Below are positions 9,370-19,331 of a stretch of DNA of 64,000 bases, piece by piece (the first letter of the stretch is position 1; each line of letters begins with the position of its first letter). A program made the translations under genes and the position numbers. The notes beneath the pieces are model-generated. The model was given only the letters and a program-made list of their open reading frames with translations. It did not search any database and had not been told where the DNA came from. The stretch covers positions 9,170 through 73,169 of the forward strand of contig DAISVY010000012.1 of assembly GCA_036826635.1 (NCBI GenBank), given 5' to 3'. Source of the DNA: Candidatus Zixiibacteriota bacterium. GTDB lineage: Bacteria > Zixibacteria > MSB-5A5 > GN15 > FEB-12.

Positions 9370-11151
9370 ATGAAAGAATTACTCTCAGGAAACGAAGCGG
9401 TGGCGCGAGGAACACTGGAAGCCGGCGTTGAAATGGCTGTCGGCTATCCCGGGACACCTTCCACTGAAATACTGGAGACCGTCGCCGCACGCTATCCCTC
9501 CGTTTATGCCCAGTGGTCACCGAACGAAAAAGTCGCTTTCGAGGTTGGCATCGGGGCCTCCCTCGGTGGATCTCGCGCTCTGATTACGATGAAACATGTC
9601 GGTCTGAATGTTGCGGCCGACCCCTTTATGACTTTCGCCTATACCGGCGTCAACGGCGGCCTGGTGGTGGTTTCGGCCGACGATCCGGAGATGCACTCGT
9701 CACAGAACGAACAGGACAACCGGATATTCGCCAAATTCGCCAACGTCCCTTTCCTCTCCCCTGCCGACAGCCAGGAATGCCGTGACATGCTTCTGGAAGC
9801 CTACAAGATGTCCGAGGAATACGATACGCCGGTCATGCTTCACATGGAAACCCGTATCTCACATTCCAAGGGCGTGGTTAACACGGACGAACCGGTGGAA
9901 CCGCCGCAAAGAAAATTCGCCAGGGATCCGCGCAAGTACGTGATGATACCCGGATACGCACGCGGTCGGCACGTGGTTGTCAACGAACGTCTGGAAAAAT
10001 TAAAAAAACTGGCCGAAGAAACTCCGCTGAACGTGCTGGAAGAAAACGGATCGGACATCGGAATCATCACCGGGGGAGTATCGTACCAGTATGCCAAGGA
10101 AGTCGCCCCGGATTTTGATTACCTTAAGATAGGTCTCGGTTTTCCGCTTCCGCTCAGGAAAATCGAGGCTTTTGTCAAGAAACACAAGAAAGTGATCGTG
10201 GTCGAGGAACTCGAACCGTTCTACGAGGATATGATTCGGGCCGCCGGGATCGAAGTGGAGGGCAAAAAATACTTCGGCAATCTCGGCGAATACTCACCGC
10301 AGCGCGTGGAAGCCGGTCTCAAGGAAGCCGGGGTACTCTCGACCATCAAAGCTACGGAGATTCCCCCCGTCGAACAAATGTTCCCTCGCCCGCCGGTCCT
10401 CTGCCCCGGCTGTCCGCACAGGGGTGTGTTCATGGCCCTGAAAAAACTCAAGGTCGCCGTCACCGGTGATATCGGCTGCTATACGCTCGGTGTTCTGGAA
10501 CCGTTGAACGCCCTGGACTCCTGCATTTGCATGGGCGCGTCAATAGGCAACGCCATAGGTATGGAAAAAGTACAGGGTTCGGAAAAAGGCGTTGTGGCCG
10601 TAATCGGAGACAGTACGTTCTTCCATTCCGGTATTACGGGTCTGGTTGACGCCGTGTACAACAAGAGTAACGTGACGGTTATCATTCTGGATAACCGCGC
10701 TACGGCCATGACCGGCGGACAACAGCACCCGGCCACCGGCAAGACACTCATGGGCGACGACGCCGGTGTCGTTAACATAGAAAAGCTGGTAACGGCCATC
10801 GGTATCAAGAACTACCGAAATATCGATCCCTACGACTACGAAGCGACGATTAAAGCGATTCAGGAAGAGATCGGCAACCCCGGTCCTTCGGTTATCGTAA
10901 CCTCGCGGCCGTGCGTGCTGATGCCCAAACGCATCATGGACGAACCCTATGTGGTCGATCCGGAACTCTGCATCGCCTGTGGGGCTTGCTTCCGCATATC
11001 CTGCCCGGCCATTGCAGCCTCACACGAGACCAACGAAAAGGGCCACGCCAAGGCAATTATCGATGAGACCATGTGCACCGGCTGCACCCTGTGTTCACAG
11101 ATTTGCCCGGTCGAAGCAATTGTACTCAAGAGCCAGTACGTAAAAGAGTAG
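9370..11151 (+). CDS. iorA: Indolepyruvate:ferredoxin oxidoreductase, alpha subunit
   Basis: 593 aa. N-terminus MKELLSGNEAVARG...GYPGTPSTEI, a TPP-binding block GDSTFFHSG...ILDN, and two C-terminal ferredoxin-type motifs, CIACGACFRISCP and CTGCTLCSQICP. It is followed directly by an iorB-like gene. Confidence 0.85.
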   Translation: MKELLSGNEAVARGTLEAGVEMAVGYPGTPSTEILETVAARYPSVYAQWSPNEKVAFEVGIGASLGGSRALITMKHVGLNVAADPFMTFAYTGVNGGLVVVSADDPEMHSSQNEQDNRIFAKFANVPFLSPADSQECRDMLLEAYKMSEEYDTPVMLHMETRISHSKGVVNTDEPVEPPQRKFARDPRKYVMIPGYARGRHVVVNERLEKLKKLAEETPLNVLEENGSDIGIITGGVSYQYAKEVAPDFDYLKIGLGFPLPLRKIEAFVKKHKKVIVVEELEPFYEDMIRAAGIEVEGKKYFGNLGEYSPQRVEAGLKEAGVLSTIKATEIPPVEQMFPRPPVLCPGCPHRGVFMALKKLKVAVTGDIGCYTLGVLEPLNALDSCICMGASIGNAIGMEKVQGSEKGVVAVIGDSTFFHSGITGLVDAVYNKSNVTVIILDNRATAMTGGQQHPATGKTLMGDDAGVVNIEKLVTAIGIKNYRNIDPYDYEATIKAIQEEIGNPGPSVIVTSRPCVLMPKRIMDEPYVVDPELCIACGACFRISCPAIAASHETNEKGHAKAIIDETMCTGCTLCSQICPVEAIVLKSQYVKE

Positions 11152-11161
11152 GTGATTTACC

Positions 11162-11764
11162 ATGCAAGATAACAAATTCGACATACTGATAGTGGGAGTC
11201 GGCGGACAAGGCGTACTCCTGGCCTCGGAGATCATCTCCGAAGTCGCTATGAAGGCCGGCTTTGACGTGAAGAAATCGGAAATTCACGGCATGTCGCAAC
11301 GCGGTGGCGTCGTATCATCACACGTCAAGATCGGTTCCAGGGTTTATGCGCCCACGATACAGCGAGGACAGGCGGATTTTATCATGTCATTCGAGCAAGC
11401 CGAAGGCCTGCGGGCCATCGACTGGATGCATAAAGACGGCGTGGCAATCATCTCTCGCACCGAGATCGTACCGGCTATCGTGACGTCTTCAAAGCAATAC
11501 ACCTATCCCGAAGATGCTATGGAGCAGTTGCGCAAAAAGGCGGAAAAGGTCATTCCCGTCGACGCTGATGCCATAGCCCGCGAGCTGGGCAATCCGCGCC
11601 TGGTCAATACGATTCTCCTCGGCACACTTTCCAACTTCCTGCCGTTCGAACAGGAACAATGGTTCGAGGTGATGAAGTCCAGAATAAAAGCCAAATTCGT
11701 CGACATTAACCTGAAAGCTTTTGAACGCGGCCGTGAAATCAAGCTGACGGCCACGAGTGCTTGA
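11162..11764 (+). CDS. iorB: Indolepyruvate:ferredoxin oxidoreductase, beta subunit
   Basis: 200 aa. ILIVGVGGQGVLLAS...HGMSQRGG matches the gamma/IorB-type domain of 2-oxoacid:ferredoxin oxidoreductases. It starts 10 nt after iorA. Confidence 0.85.
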   Translation: MQDNKFDILIVGVGGQGVLLASEIISEVAMKAGFDVKKSEIHGMSQRGGVVSSHVKIGSRVYAPTIQRGQADFIMSFEQAEGLRAIDWMHKDGVAIISRTEIVPAIVTSSKQYTYPEDAMEQLRKKAEKVIPVDADAIARELGNPRLVNTILLGTLSNFLPFEQEQWFEVMKSRIKAKFVDINLKAFERGREIKLTATSA

Positions 11765-11775
11765 GAGACTGATCT

Positions 11776-12843
11776 ATGGCCGAGTTAATACTGACAATCA
11801 ATCCGGGGTCAACTTCAACCAAGCTGGCCCTGTTCGACGGCGATAAACGGATAGCCGAAAAACAAATACGCCACGACACAGACAAGCTGCGAACCTTCGA
11901 CCTGGTAATTGATCAGTTTGCGTATCGCATGGAAGCAATTGATACCTGGATCGATTCTCTGCAATTCGACCGACAGGAAATGAAACTGGTAGTCGGACGG
12001 GGAGCTCCGCTCCGACCGCTCGAAGGTGGCTCCTACGAAATCACCGCTCTTATGCTGGAAGACCTTCGGACCTCCAGGTACTCTAATCACGCTTCCAACC
12101 TTGGGGCGATAATCGCCCGTCATCTCGGAGAGCGTTACGGGGTCCCTTCGATGATATCCGATCCCGTTACCGTGGACAACTTCACCGCCATCGCCCGGGT
12201 CAGCGGAGTTCCGGAGATAGAGCGCAAGTGCCGGGTACATGCCCTGAATATAAAAGAAGTCTGTCGGCGCGAGGCCATTAAGCGGGGCAGGAAACTCGAC
12301 GAGCTGAATTTCGTTGCGGTTCACATGGGCGGCGGTGTGTCAGTGGCCGCTATCGAGAAAGGACGGTTCATCGACGCCAACGACGCTCTCCTGGGCATGG
12401 GACCATTCACTCCCGAGCGGACCGGAGCCCTGCCTGTCGGCGACCTGGCGAGATTATGCTATTCGGGCAAATACACCGAAAAGGAAATGCTCAACAAGCT
12501 GGTTCATAAATCCGGCCTGATAGCATACCTCGGTTCTTCGGACCTCCGTGAGATCGAGAAAATGATCGACCGGGGCGATGATAAGGCGCTGTTGTATTTC
12601 AACGCCATGGCGTACCAGATTGCCAAAGAAATCGGGGCCGCGGCCACTGTTCTGAAAGGTGATTTTGAAACTATCATACTCACCGGCGGCATGGCCAATT
12701 CTCAACGCCTTGCCGATGAGATCACCACACGGGTATCATTTATAAAAGAAGTGACGGTGGTTGCCGGGGAATTCGAAATGGAAGCTCTGGCGGCGGCGGG
12801 GCGGCGTTTCATTAGCGGCGAAGAATCATTGAAACCATACTGA
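11776..12843 (+). CDS. buk: Butyrate (short/branched-chain acyl) kinase
   Basis: 355 aa. ILTINPGSTSTKLALF N-terminal ASKHA motif, VAVHMGGGVSVAA, and ILTGGMANS. Confidence 0.85.
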   Translation: MAELILTINPGSTSTKLALFDGDKRIAEKQIRHDTDKLRTFDLVIDQFAYRMEAIDTWIDSLQFDRQEMKLVVGRGAPLRPLEGGSYEITALMLEDLRTSRYSNHASNLGAIIARHLGERYGVPSMISDPVTVDNFTAIARVSGVPEIERKCRVHALNIKEVCRREAIKRGRKLDELNFVAVHMGGGVSVAAIEKGRFIDANDALLGMGPFTPERTGALPVGDLARLCYSGKYTEKEMLNKLVHKSGLIAYLGSSDLREIEKMIDRGDDKALLYFNAMAYQIAKEIGAAATVLKGDFETIILTGGMANSQRLADEITTRVSFIKEVTVVAGEFEMEALAAAGRRFISGEESLKPY

Positions 12844-12853
12844 AGGACTTCTC

Positions 12854-13819
12854 GTGGAACCGCTCATGCACAAGAAGCCCATCCATTCGTCCGACCAGTT
12901 AATCGAACGCGCCGTAGACATCGCTAAAGAAGGACGCAGAAAAACCGTGGCGGTGGCGGCGGCCCAGGATATCGACGTCATCGGTGCCGTTTCCCAGGCG
13001 CACAACGACGGTTTCATTAACGGCATTCTGGTCGGCGACCGGGCGAAAATCGAGCAATTGGCTGGGGAAAACAACCTCGACATTTCGGCTCTGTCTCTTA
13101 TCGATGAGCCGGACCCGATCAAAGCCGCCCACGCGGCCGCGGGGCTCGTGGTTGACCGCAAGGCCGACGCTATCATGAAAGGTTTCCTGCCCACTTCAGC
13201 CCTGTTAAAAGTAATTCTCGACAAAAAATACGGCCTGCGCGGCACCGATACGTTGTCACACTGCGCCGTGCTCGACATTCCCGGCCGCAGCAAGATGCTG
13301 AATTTCACCGACGGTGGCATGGTCGTCAAACCGGATTCCGACCAGAAATATCAGATATTGGAAAACGCCGTATTGGTCGGTCGCGCTCTGGGACTGTCAC
13401 CGGTCAAAGTAGCCGTGTCGGCCGCGGCCGATAAACCGTCGATAAAAGTGCCTCACACCGTCTCGGATATCGACACCGTAATACCTGCAGCTCGGGAGCG
13501 CCTCAAGGACGTGATCATTCAGGGACCACTCTCGCTTGATCTCGCCGCTTCGAGAAAAGTCGCCGAAAGATGCAGCAACGTCGGTCAGGTCGTCGGGGAT
13601 GCGGACATATACCTGGTCGATTCAATCGAGGAAGCCAATATCATCGCCAAATCCTTGGTCCAGTTTGCCGATGCCGTTTTTGCGGGGGTCATCGTGGGAG
13701 CACGTGTGCCGGTGTCATTGGTTTCACGCACCGATACGGTAAAAAACAAGAAGGCCTCGCTCGCACTGGCGTGTGTGATCGCCGACTATTATGCACGGAA
13801 CAACACTTGGGAGAGTTAG
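12854..13819 (+). CDS. ptb: Phosphate butyryltransferase / phosphotransacylase (PTA_PTB family), copy 1
   Basis: 321 aa. Family-typical blocks: AVAAAQD...GILVGD, ADAIMKG, LNFTDGGMVV, GPLSLDLA, VGDADIYLVDSIEEANI, GARVPVSLVSRTD. GTG start with AAGGA 6 nt upstream. Confidence 0.8.
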   Translation: MEPLMHKKPIHSSDQLIERAVDIAKEGRRKTVAVAAAQDIDVIGAVSQAHNDGFINGILVGDRAKIEQLAGENNLDISALSLIDEPDPIKAAHAAAGLVVDRKADAIMKGFLPTSALLKVILDKKYGLRGTDTLSHCAVLDIPGRSKMLNFTDGGMVVKPDSDQKYQILENAVLVGRALGLSPVKVAVSAAADKPSIKVPHTVSDIDTVIPAARERLKDVIIQGPLSLDLAASRKVAERCSNVGQVVGDADIYLVDSIEEANIIAKSLVQFADAVFAGVIVGARVPVSLVSRTDTVKNKKASLALACVIADYYARNNTWES

Positions 13820-13821
13820 TC

Positions 13822-14757
13822 GTGTTACCGGAAATCGACATTCCTGAAGTACACACTTACGAAGCCATAGTGCAGCGGGCTCGGGACAAAGCGCGGAGAA
13901 AAACGCCACAGGCCGTAATCGCTCCGACGCCCGACCCCACAACCATGCAGGCCATCGCTCACGCCGCCTCGGAGAAGATCATTGCTCCGATTTTCGTAGC
14001 CGACAGAGAGCTTCTTTTACGTCAGGCCGACGAACTCGGTATCGCCGTGGACAACTTCACCGTCGTAAACAAACCGGACAACGACGCGGCCGTGATCGAA
14101 GCGGCCGGTATGGTCAAATCCAAAGAAGCTGACTTCATCGTCCAGGGCCACATGGCCGCGTTGCGCATGCTGCACATATTGTTCACCGAAGATTGTGGCT
14201 TCCGACTGCGCGGCAGGACAATCTCCCACGTGGCCGTGCTCAAACCCCGCAAGTATCCCAAGCTGTTGTTGCTGACCGACGGTGCTGTCGTGGTTCAACC
14301 GGACCTGAAGACCAAGATCAACCTGATCGGCAACCTGGTCTTCGTCTCGGAGCGTATCGGCGTGCCCAACCCCCGCATAGCCGTCATAGGGGCGGTGGAA
14401 GTGGTCTATCCTCAGATGGCAGCCACCGTGGACGCCGCGGTGCTGGCCAAAATGGCCGAGCGAAAACAGATCAAGGGGGCCCGCGTCGACGGTCCGCTCT
14501 CCTTTGATGTCGCTATCGATATGTTCGCCGCTCATTCCAAGGGCATAACACAATCGGAAGTGGCCGGTCAGGCCGATGGCATGGTCACATCAACTATCGA
14601 AGTCGCCAACGGCGTGTACAATGCAATGGCTCTCTACGGGCAAAGCCAAAGCGGCAGCGTGGTAGTCGGCGGCTGCGCACCACTTACAATCAACTTCCGT
14701 CCCGACAACGAAGAAGCCCGTTTCAACTCGATCATCCTGGCCGCCCTGACCTGCTGA
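13822..14757 (+). CDS. Second PTA_PTB-family phosphotransacylase paralog
   Basis: Same family layout: QAVIAPTPD, ADFIVQGH, LLLTDGAVVV, DGPLSFDVA, GQADGMVTSTIEVANG. I start it at the GTG at 13822, 2 nt after the ptb stop. The 395-aa track ORF (from 13570) has an implausible Arg/Gly-rich N-terminus that overlaps ptb in another frame. Confidence 0.7.
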   Translation: MLPEIDIPEVHTYEAIVQRARDKARRKTPQAVIAPTPDPTTMQAIAHAASEKIIAPIFVADRELLLRQADELGIAVDNFTVVNKPDNDAAVIEAAGMVKSKEADFIVQGHMAALRMLHILFTEDCGFRLRGRTISHVAVLKPRKYPKLLLLTDGAVVVQPDLKTKINLIGNLVFVSERIGVPNPRIAVIGAVEVVYPQMAATVDAAVLAKMAERKQIKGARVDGPLSFDVAIDMFAAHSKGITQSEVAGQADGMVTSTIEVANGVYNAMALYGQSQSGSVVVGGCAPLTINFRPDNEEARFNSIILAALTC

Positions 14758-14949
14758 ATTTTCGAGGCCGCTCTTCTTTCACTCACGGCATAAGCATGTC
14801 CGGCTAAAATTGTTCGGCCAACCGAGCCACGCAGATCAGTTTTTCCGTATCCCGATGACAGGTGCGACGTTCGAAATTGTCGTAGACGTACGGCCTCGGC
14901 TTCTCCATCCGATCTTACCTCCACGTTTATATCATCGCATAATGAAATA

Positions 14950-15645
14950 CTACCCGGTGGTTCCTGCTATGCGCCGGACAGCATCGGCCAGACCTTTGAT
15001 ACCGTCCAGTTCCAGATCGGCGGCTTCTGCCGGTATCCTCGGCTGCTGGTGTTTGTGAATGCCCATTCGCACCAGAATAGTCCGCATACCCAATTGGCGG
15101 GCGGGAATAATATCCTTGTCGATACGATCACCGACCATGATACATTCACCGGCCTCAATGCCCATAGCCCCGATGATTTGTTCGAAATAGCGCGGGTCCG
15201 GCTTGGTCAGATCAAAATCATCCTGAGTCAACCGCCACGAAAAGAAATCCAGAAGTGAATATTGACCGAGTGTATCCAGAAGCTCCCCCCCGTACTGCCC
15301 GGCAATACCGATTTTGAACCGTTGGCTGATAACTCGCAACTCCGGCTCAAGATCGGCGTGCGGCACCAGCGGCGGACAAGTGGCCAGATACAATTCGCGA
15401 TGCCGACCCCTGAGCCGTTCGAACACCTCGCGATCGGGTTTCAAATGTTTCCACAGAATGAACTGATAGACACTGGGACAATACGAAGCAACAGCCTCTT
15501 CCATGTCCTGCCAATACGTTCGCTGAGAGTATCCCGGCACACAATCCGAAAGAAGCCGTGATACAATCTCGGCATGTCGGGCTTCCTGGGGTGACTCATC
15601 GACAATAACACCCCCGGCATCAAGCAGAACTGTCGAAACGGGCAT
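14950..15645 (-). CDS. HAD-superfamily hydrolase
   Basis: N-terminal VLLDAGGVIVDES and C-terminal MVGDRIDKDIIPARQLGMRTILV (HAD motif IV-like). ATG at 15645 has GGAG 6 nt upstream. The track start at 15684 is an alternative. Confidence 0.65.
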   Translation of the reverse strand: MPVSTVLLDAGGVIVDESPQEARHAEIVSRLLSDCVPGYSQRTYWQDMEEAVASYCPSVYQFILWKHLKPDREVFERLRGRHRELYLATCPPLVPHADLEPELRVISQRFKIGIAGQYGGELLDTLGQYSLLDFFSWRLTQDDFDLTKPDPRYFEQIIGAMGIEAGECIMVGDRIDKDIIPARQLGMRTILVRMGIHKHQQPRIPAEAADLELDGIKGLADAVRRIAGTTG

Positions 15646-15881
15646 TGTTTTCTCCGATATGGCGACCGCCGTACCACCCGGCATCGCAACAAATATAACG
15701 GGTCGAACGAACGAGACCGATTTTCAAGTTCAAGATCGGTGTAACATATGGCCGGTGCAACCCAATTTTATACTTGCTCTCGCCGAGGGACAGGTACTAT
15801 CGTTCTTTCGGTGAGAATTGCGGGCAAGGACACAATAAACATGGATATTAACAAGAAGCACAAATCAAGGAAGGTACAACT

Positions 15882-16982
15882 ATGAAAAAAACTCTTATTG
15901 CAGTCATGGTGTTGATGCTGCTGGGCAGTGTTGCCTCGGTAACCGCAGCGGAAACGACTGTCCACGGAACGGTGTTTGCCCACTGGTATTGGGATACATC
16001 GGAAGATGCCAACGATGCCAACGCATTCGAACTGGGACGTACTTACATCACGGTCAAGTCGAAACTGTCCGATTATACCAGCGCCCGAATCACCACCGAC
16101 CTTCGCACCACCGATTTCGATGACAACGAACGATACAATGTCATTGTCAAGTACGGTTACTTCGATTGGTCTCCGGCTTTTACGAAGGGCAAGGGCATGG
16201 TTCGGTTCGGTTTGCAGCCCACGATGTATCTTGACTACCAACAGAAGGCATGGGGACGTCGCTATATCAACAAAGTGGTCGGCGACCTGGCCGGTTTCCT
16301 CACAACGTCCGATCTCGGTGCTTCGATTCACGCCAAACTGGGTGAAGAGGGAAAACTGGGGACTATCATTGCGGCCGTGTACAACGGAACATCTTACTCG
16401 GACCTTGAGGAGATAAACAAGCAGAAGGATTTCAACGGCGTAGTGATGTTCAAGCCGCTCTATAACAACCCCGATTTCGCCGAAGTTACCCTTCTCGGTC
16501 AGATCTATTACGGTGTTCAGAATCGTCGTATCGGCACTTACATCGAAGAAGTCGAAAGCGTGCTGGATACGATTGAATACAAAGCCTCGGATTATACGAG
16601 AATGCTGCTGTCTTTCGGTGGCTTGTTCGCTTACAAACACACCGCCAATCTGGGTGTTGACATCAACTTCAACACTCTCGGCCAGGGCGACGGCGTCGAT
16701 GATCTCAAGCAGAGTGCGATGTCGTTCTTCGGCACCGTGTATCTGGATGAACTCCTGCCGTCGGTCACCGCGCTCAGGACTCTCGATCTGTTCGGCCGGG
16801 TAGACCTGTCCGATCCTGACACCGACACCGACGACGACGGCAACACACTGATTATCGCCGGGGTCGAATGCGCACCGGTCAAGGGATTCAAGGCCTCGCT
16901 TAACGTCCGCTCGACGAGTTATCAGGCTGAAGGGGTGGACTCGGAGACCGAGGTGTTTCTTAACACGCTCATTGAATTCTGA
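15882..16982 (+). CDS. Putative outer-membrane porin-like beta-barrel protein
   Basis: Signal peptide MKKTLIAVMVLMLLGSVASVTAAE, alternating amphipathic strands rich in Y/G/T/D, and a C-terminal ...FLNTLIEF ending in Phe, as in many OMPs. AAGGAAGG RBS. Confidence 0.55.
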   Translation: MKKTLIAVMVLMLLGSVASVTAAETTVHGTVFAHWYWDTSEDANDANAFELGRTYITVKSKLSDYTSARITTDLRTTDFDDNERYNVIVKYGYFDWSPAFTKGKGMVRFGLQPTMYLDYQQKAWGRRYINKVVGDLAGFLTTSDLGASIHAKLGEEGKLGTIIAAVYNGTSYSDLEEINKQKDFNGVVMFKPLYNNPDFAEVTLLGQIYYGVQNRRIGTYIEEVESVLDTIEYKASDYTRMLLSFGGLFAYKHTANLGVDINFNTLGQGDGVDDLKQSAMSFFGTVYLDELLPSVTALRTLDLFGRVDLSDPDTDTDDDGNTLIIAGVECAPVKGFKASLNVRSTSYQAEGVDSETEVFLNTLIEF

Positions 16983-17028
16983 TCATATCCGAATCCCATT
17001 CGGATCTCAGGGATACATTAACGGAAGG

Positions 17029-17060
17029 AGAGGAGTCAAAAGGCTCCTCTCTTTTTGTTA
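17029..17060 (+). terminator. Rho-independent terminator after the porin-like gene
   Basis: Stem GAGAGGAG (17029-17036) / CTCCTCTC (17045-17052) with an 8-nt loop, followed by TTTTTGTT. Confidence 0.7.
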
Positions 17061-17156
17061 TCATGAGCGGGGATGTCATCCCCCTTGCCATTCGGACCAC
17101 TCGTGATATATTAGCTATAGCATTGGCCGCGGATCCGAACGACAAAAGAGGGACAG

Positions 17157-19304
17157 ATGTCAGAGGCTACTCACATCGCCGCAATCGCAGACGAACTCAA
17201 ACTGAACCGCAAGCAGGTACAGGCCACACTGGTCCTGCTGGATGATGACGCCACGGTACCGTTCATCGCTCGCTATCGCAAAGAGGCTACCGGGAGTCTT
17301 GACGAGGTACAGATCACGGCCATACGGGACCGCATCAAGCAACTCCGGGAGCTGGACAAGCGTCGCGAGGTCATCCTTAACTCGTTACAAGAACGCGACT
17401 TACTAACGGATGAGCTGGGCGAAAAAATCGCCGCCGCCACGACTATGGCGGAACTGGAAGATATTTATCTCCCCTTCCGGCCAAAACGCCGCACCCGGGC
17501 CACTATCGCTCGGGATCGGGGGCTGGAACCGCTGGCCGAGGTTATCTTCGCCCAGGATAACATCGATCCTCTGCTTGAAGCCAAGGCCTTTGTCAACCCC
17601 GAAAAAGAAGTCGCTACGATTGATGACGCTCTTAGCGGAGCACGGGACATAATCGCCGAATGGGTCAACGAGGACGGTGACGCCCGGCGGCAGATTCGCG
17701 AGCTTTTCGCCACCCGAGCGTCTATTCGCTCCCGGGTTATCCCCGGTAAAGAGGACGAAGGATCCAAGTATTCCGATTATTTCGACTGGGAAGAGCCACT
17801 AAACAGAATCCCTTCGCACCGCCTTTTGGCTATGCGGCGAGGCGAGGCGGAGTTGATTCTTTCATTGAAGATAGAGCCGCCCGTCGAAGACGCTCTGGCT
17901 GTTCTGGAGAAGATTTTCGTAATGAGTCACAACGCAGCCTCGGAACAGGTCCGTCAGGCGGTTCATGACAGCTACAAGCGACTTCTTGCCCCGGCCATGG
18001 AAACCGAAGTGCGCTCCGAAACCAAAACACAGGCCGATACCGAAGCTATCCGGGTTTTCTGTGACAATCTGCGAGAACTGCTCATGCATCCTCCGCTGGG
18101 ACGTCGCCGGGTGCTGGCTATCGATCCGGGTTTTCGCACCGGTTGCAAGGTCGTTTGTCTCGACCGTCAGGGTAAACTGGAACATCACACGACTATCTTC
18201 CCGCACAAATCAGAGGCCGAGCGCCGTAACGCGGCAAGCGAAATTAAAGCCCTGTGCGACAAGTTCCGCATCAACGTTATCGCCGTCGGCAACGGCACGG
18301 CGGGTCGGGAAACCGAAACATTCGTGCGCGAACTGGACCTGCCCGGTCACATAACAATCGAGATGGTCGATGAATCCGGGGCGTCGGTTTACTCGGCTTC
18401 GGAAATCGCGCGCGAGGAGTTTCCCAATCAGGATGTCACCGTGCGAGGGTCGGTATCTATCGGGCGTCGCCTGATGGATCCGCTGGCGGAGTTGGTCAAA
18501 ATTGATCCCAAGTCTATCGGCGTGGGTCAGTATCAACACGACGTCGACCAGTCGTCGCTCCGCCAGGGTCTCGACGATACGGTCATGAGCTGTGTCAACT
18601 CCGTCGGGGTCGAAGTCAACACGGCCAGCAAACAACTGCTCACTTATGTCTCGGGGCTGGGACCGCAACTGGCCCAGAATATCGTCAGGCACCGCGACGA
18701 ACACGGGCCTTTCAAATCCCGCAAGGCCCTGACGAAAGTTTCTCGCCTGGGGCCGAAAGCCTTCGAACAAGCCGCCGGTTTTCTTCGCATCGCCGACGCC
18801 AAAGACCCGCTCGACCGCAGTGCGGTGCATCCGGAGAGCTACGGCGTGGTTAACGCCATGGCCGCCGACCTCGGTTGTACGGTCGACCAGTTGATGCAGG
18901 ATGATATTCTGCGCGATAAAATCCGACTCGATCAATACGTATCGGACCGGGTAGGTCTGCCCACCCTTCACGATATCATGCAGGAGTTGGCCAAACCGGG
19001 GCGTGACCCACGGGCGGAATATCAGCCTTTCAGTTTCGAGGAATCGGTCCGAAGTATGGACGATCTCAAGGTCGGCATGAAACTCCCCGGAATAGTCACC
19101 AATGTGACGGCGTTCGGGGCTTTTGTCGATATCGGCGTGCACCAGGACGGGCTGGTACATATCAGCGAACTGGCCGACCGATTCGTGAAAAACCCCGGTG
19201 ACGTGGTCAAAGTCCGCCAGCGCGTATCCGTTACCGTTTTGGACGTCGACCCCGACCGCAAGCGCATATCTCTTTCAATGCGTCGGGACCGGCCGTCGGA
19301 ATAG
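17157..19304 (+). CDS. tex: Tex-family RNA-binding transcription accessory protein
   Basis: 715 aa. N-terminal ...VPFIARYRKEATGSLDE, YqgF-like RVLAIDPGFRTGCKV, helix-hairpin-helix region, and a C-terminal S1 domain (GMKLPGIVTNVTAFGAFVDIGVHQDGLVHISEL). Confidence 0.9.
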   Translation: MSEATHIAAIADELKLNRKQVQATLVLLDDDATVPFIARYRKEATGSLDEVQITAIRDRIKQLRELDKRREVILNSLQERDLLTDELGEKIAAATTMAELEDIYLPFRPKRRTRATIARDRGLEPLAEVIFAQDNIDPLLEAKAFVNPEKEVATIDDALSGARDIIAEWVNEDGDARRQIRELFATRASIRSRVIPGKEDEGSKYSDYFDWEEPLNRIPSHRLLAMRRGEAELILSLKIEPPVEDALAVLEKIFVMSHNAASEQVRQAVHDSYKRLLAPAMETEVRSETKTQADTEAIRVFCDNLRELLMHPPLGRRRVLAIDPGFRTGCKVVCLDRQGKLEHHTTIFPHKSEAERRNAASEIKALCDKFRINVIAVGNGTAGRETETFVRELDLPGHITIEMVDESGASVYSASEIAREEFPNQDVTVRGSVSIGRRLMDPLAELVKIDPKSIGVGQYQHDVDQSSLRQGLDDTVMSCVNSVGVEVNTASKQLLTYVSGLGPQLAQNIVRHRDEHGPFKSRKALTKVSRLGPKAFEQAAGFLRIADAKDPLDRSAVHPESYGVVNAMAADLGCTVDQLMQDDILRDKIRLDQYVSDRVGLPTLHDIMQELAKPGRDPRAEYQPFSFEESVRSMDDLKVGMKLPGIVTNVTAFGAFVDIGVHQDGLVHISELADRFVKNPGDVVKVRQRVSVTVLDVDPDRKRISLSMRRDRPSE

Positions 19305-19331
19305 GACACGGTCCCGCACGATCATCCATTT

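Noticed and set aside
13570-13821. N-terminal 84-codon extension of the second phosphotransacylase ORF
   Set aside because: It overlaps the end of ptb in another frame and translates to low-complexity Arg/Gly/Cys sequence. PTA_PTB homology only begins after the GTG at 13822.
15768-16640. 290-aa minus-strand ORF opposite the porin-like gene
   Set aside because: It has no signal, motif or RBS. The plus-strand ORF has a signal peptide, an SD sequence, beta-barrel periodicity and a terminator.
16988-17006. Hairpin ATCCGAAT-CCC-ATTCGGAT just after the porin stop, as the terminator
   Set aside because: It has a 3-nt loop and no following T-run. The hairpin at 17029-17060 with TTTTT is the better terminator candidate.
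18210-19160. 316-aa minus-strand ORF inside tex
   Set aside because: Antisense shadow of a gene with unmistakable Tex, YqgF and S1 motifs.
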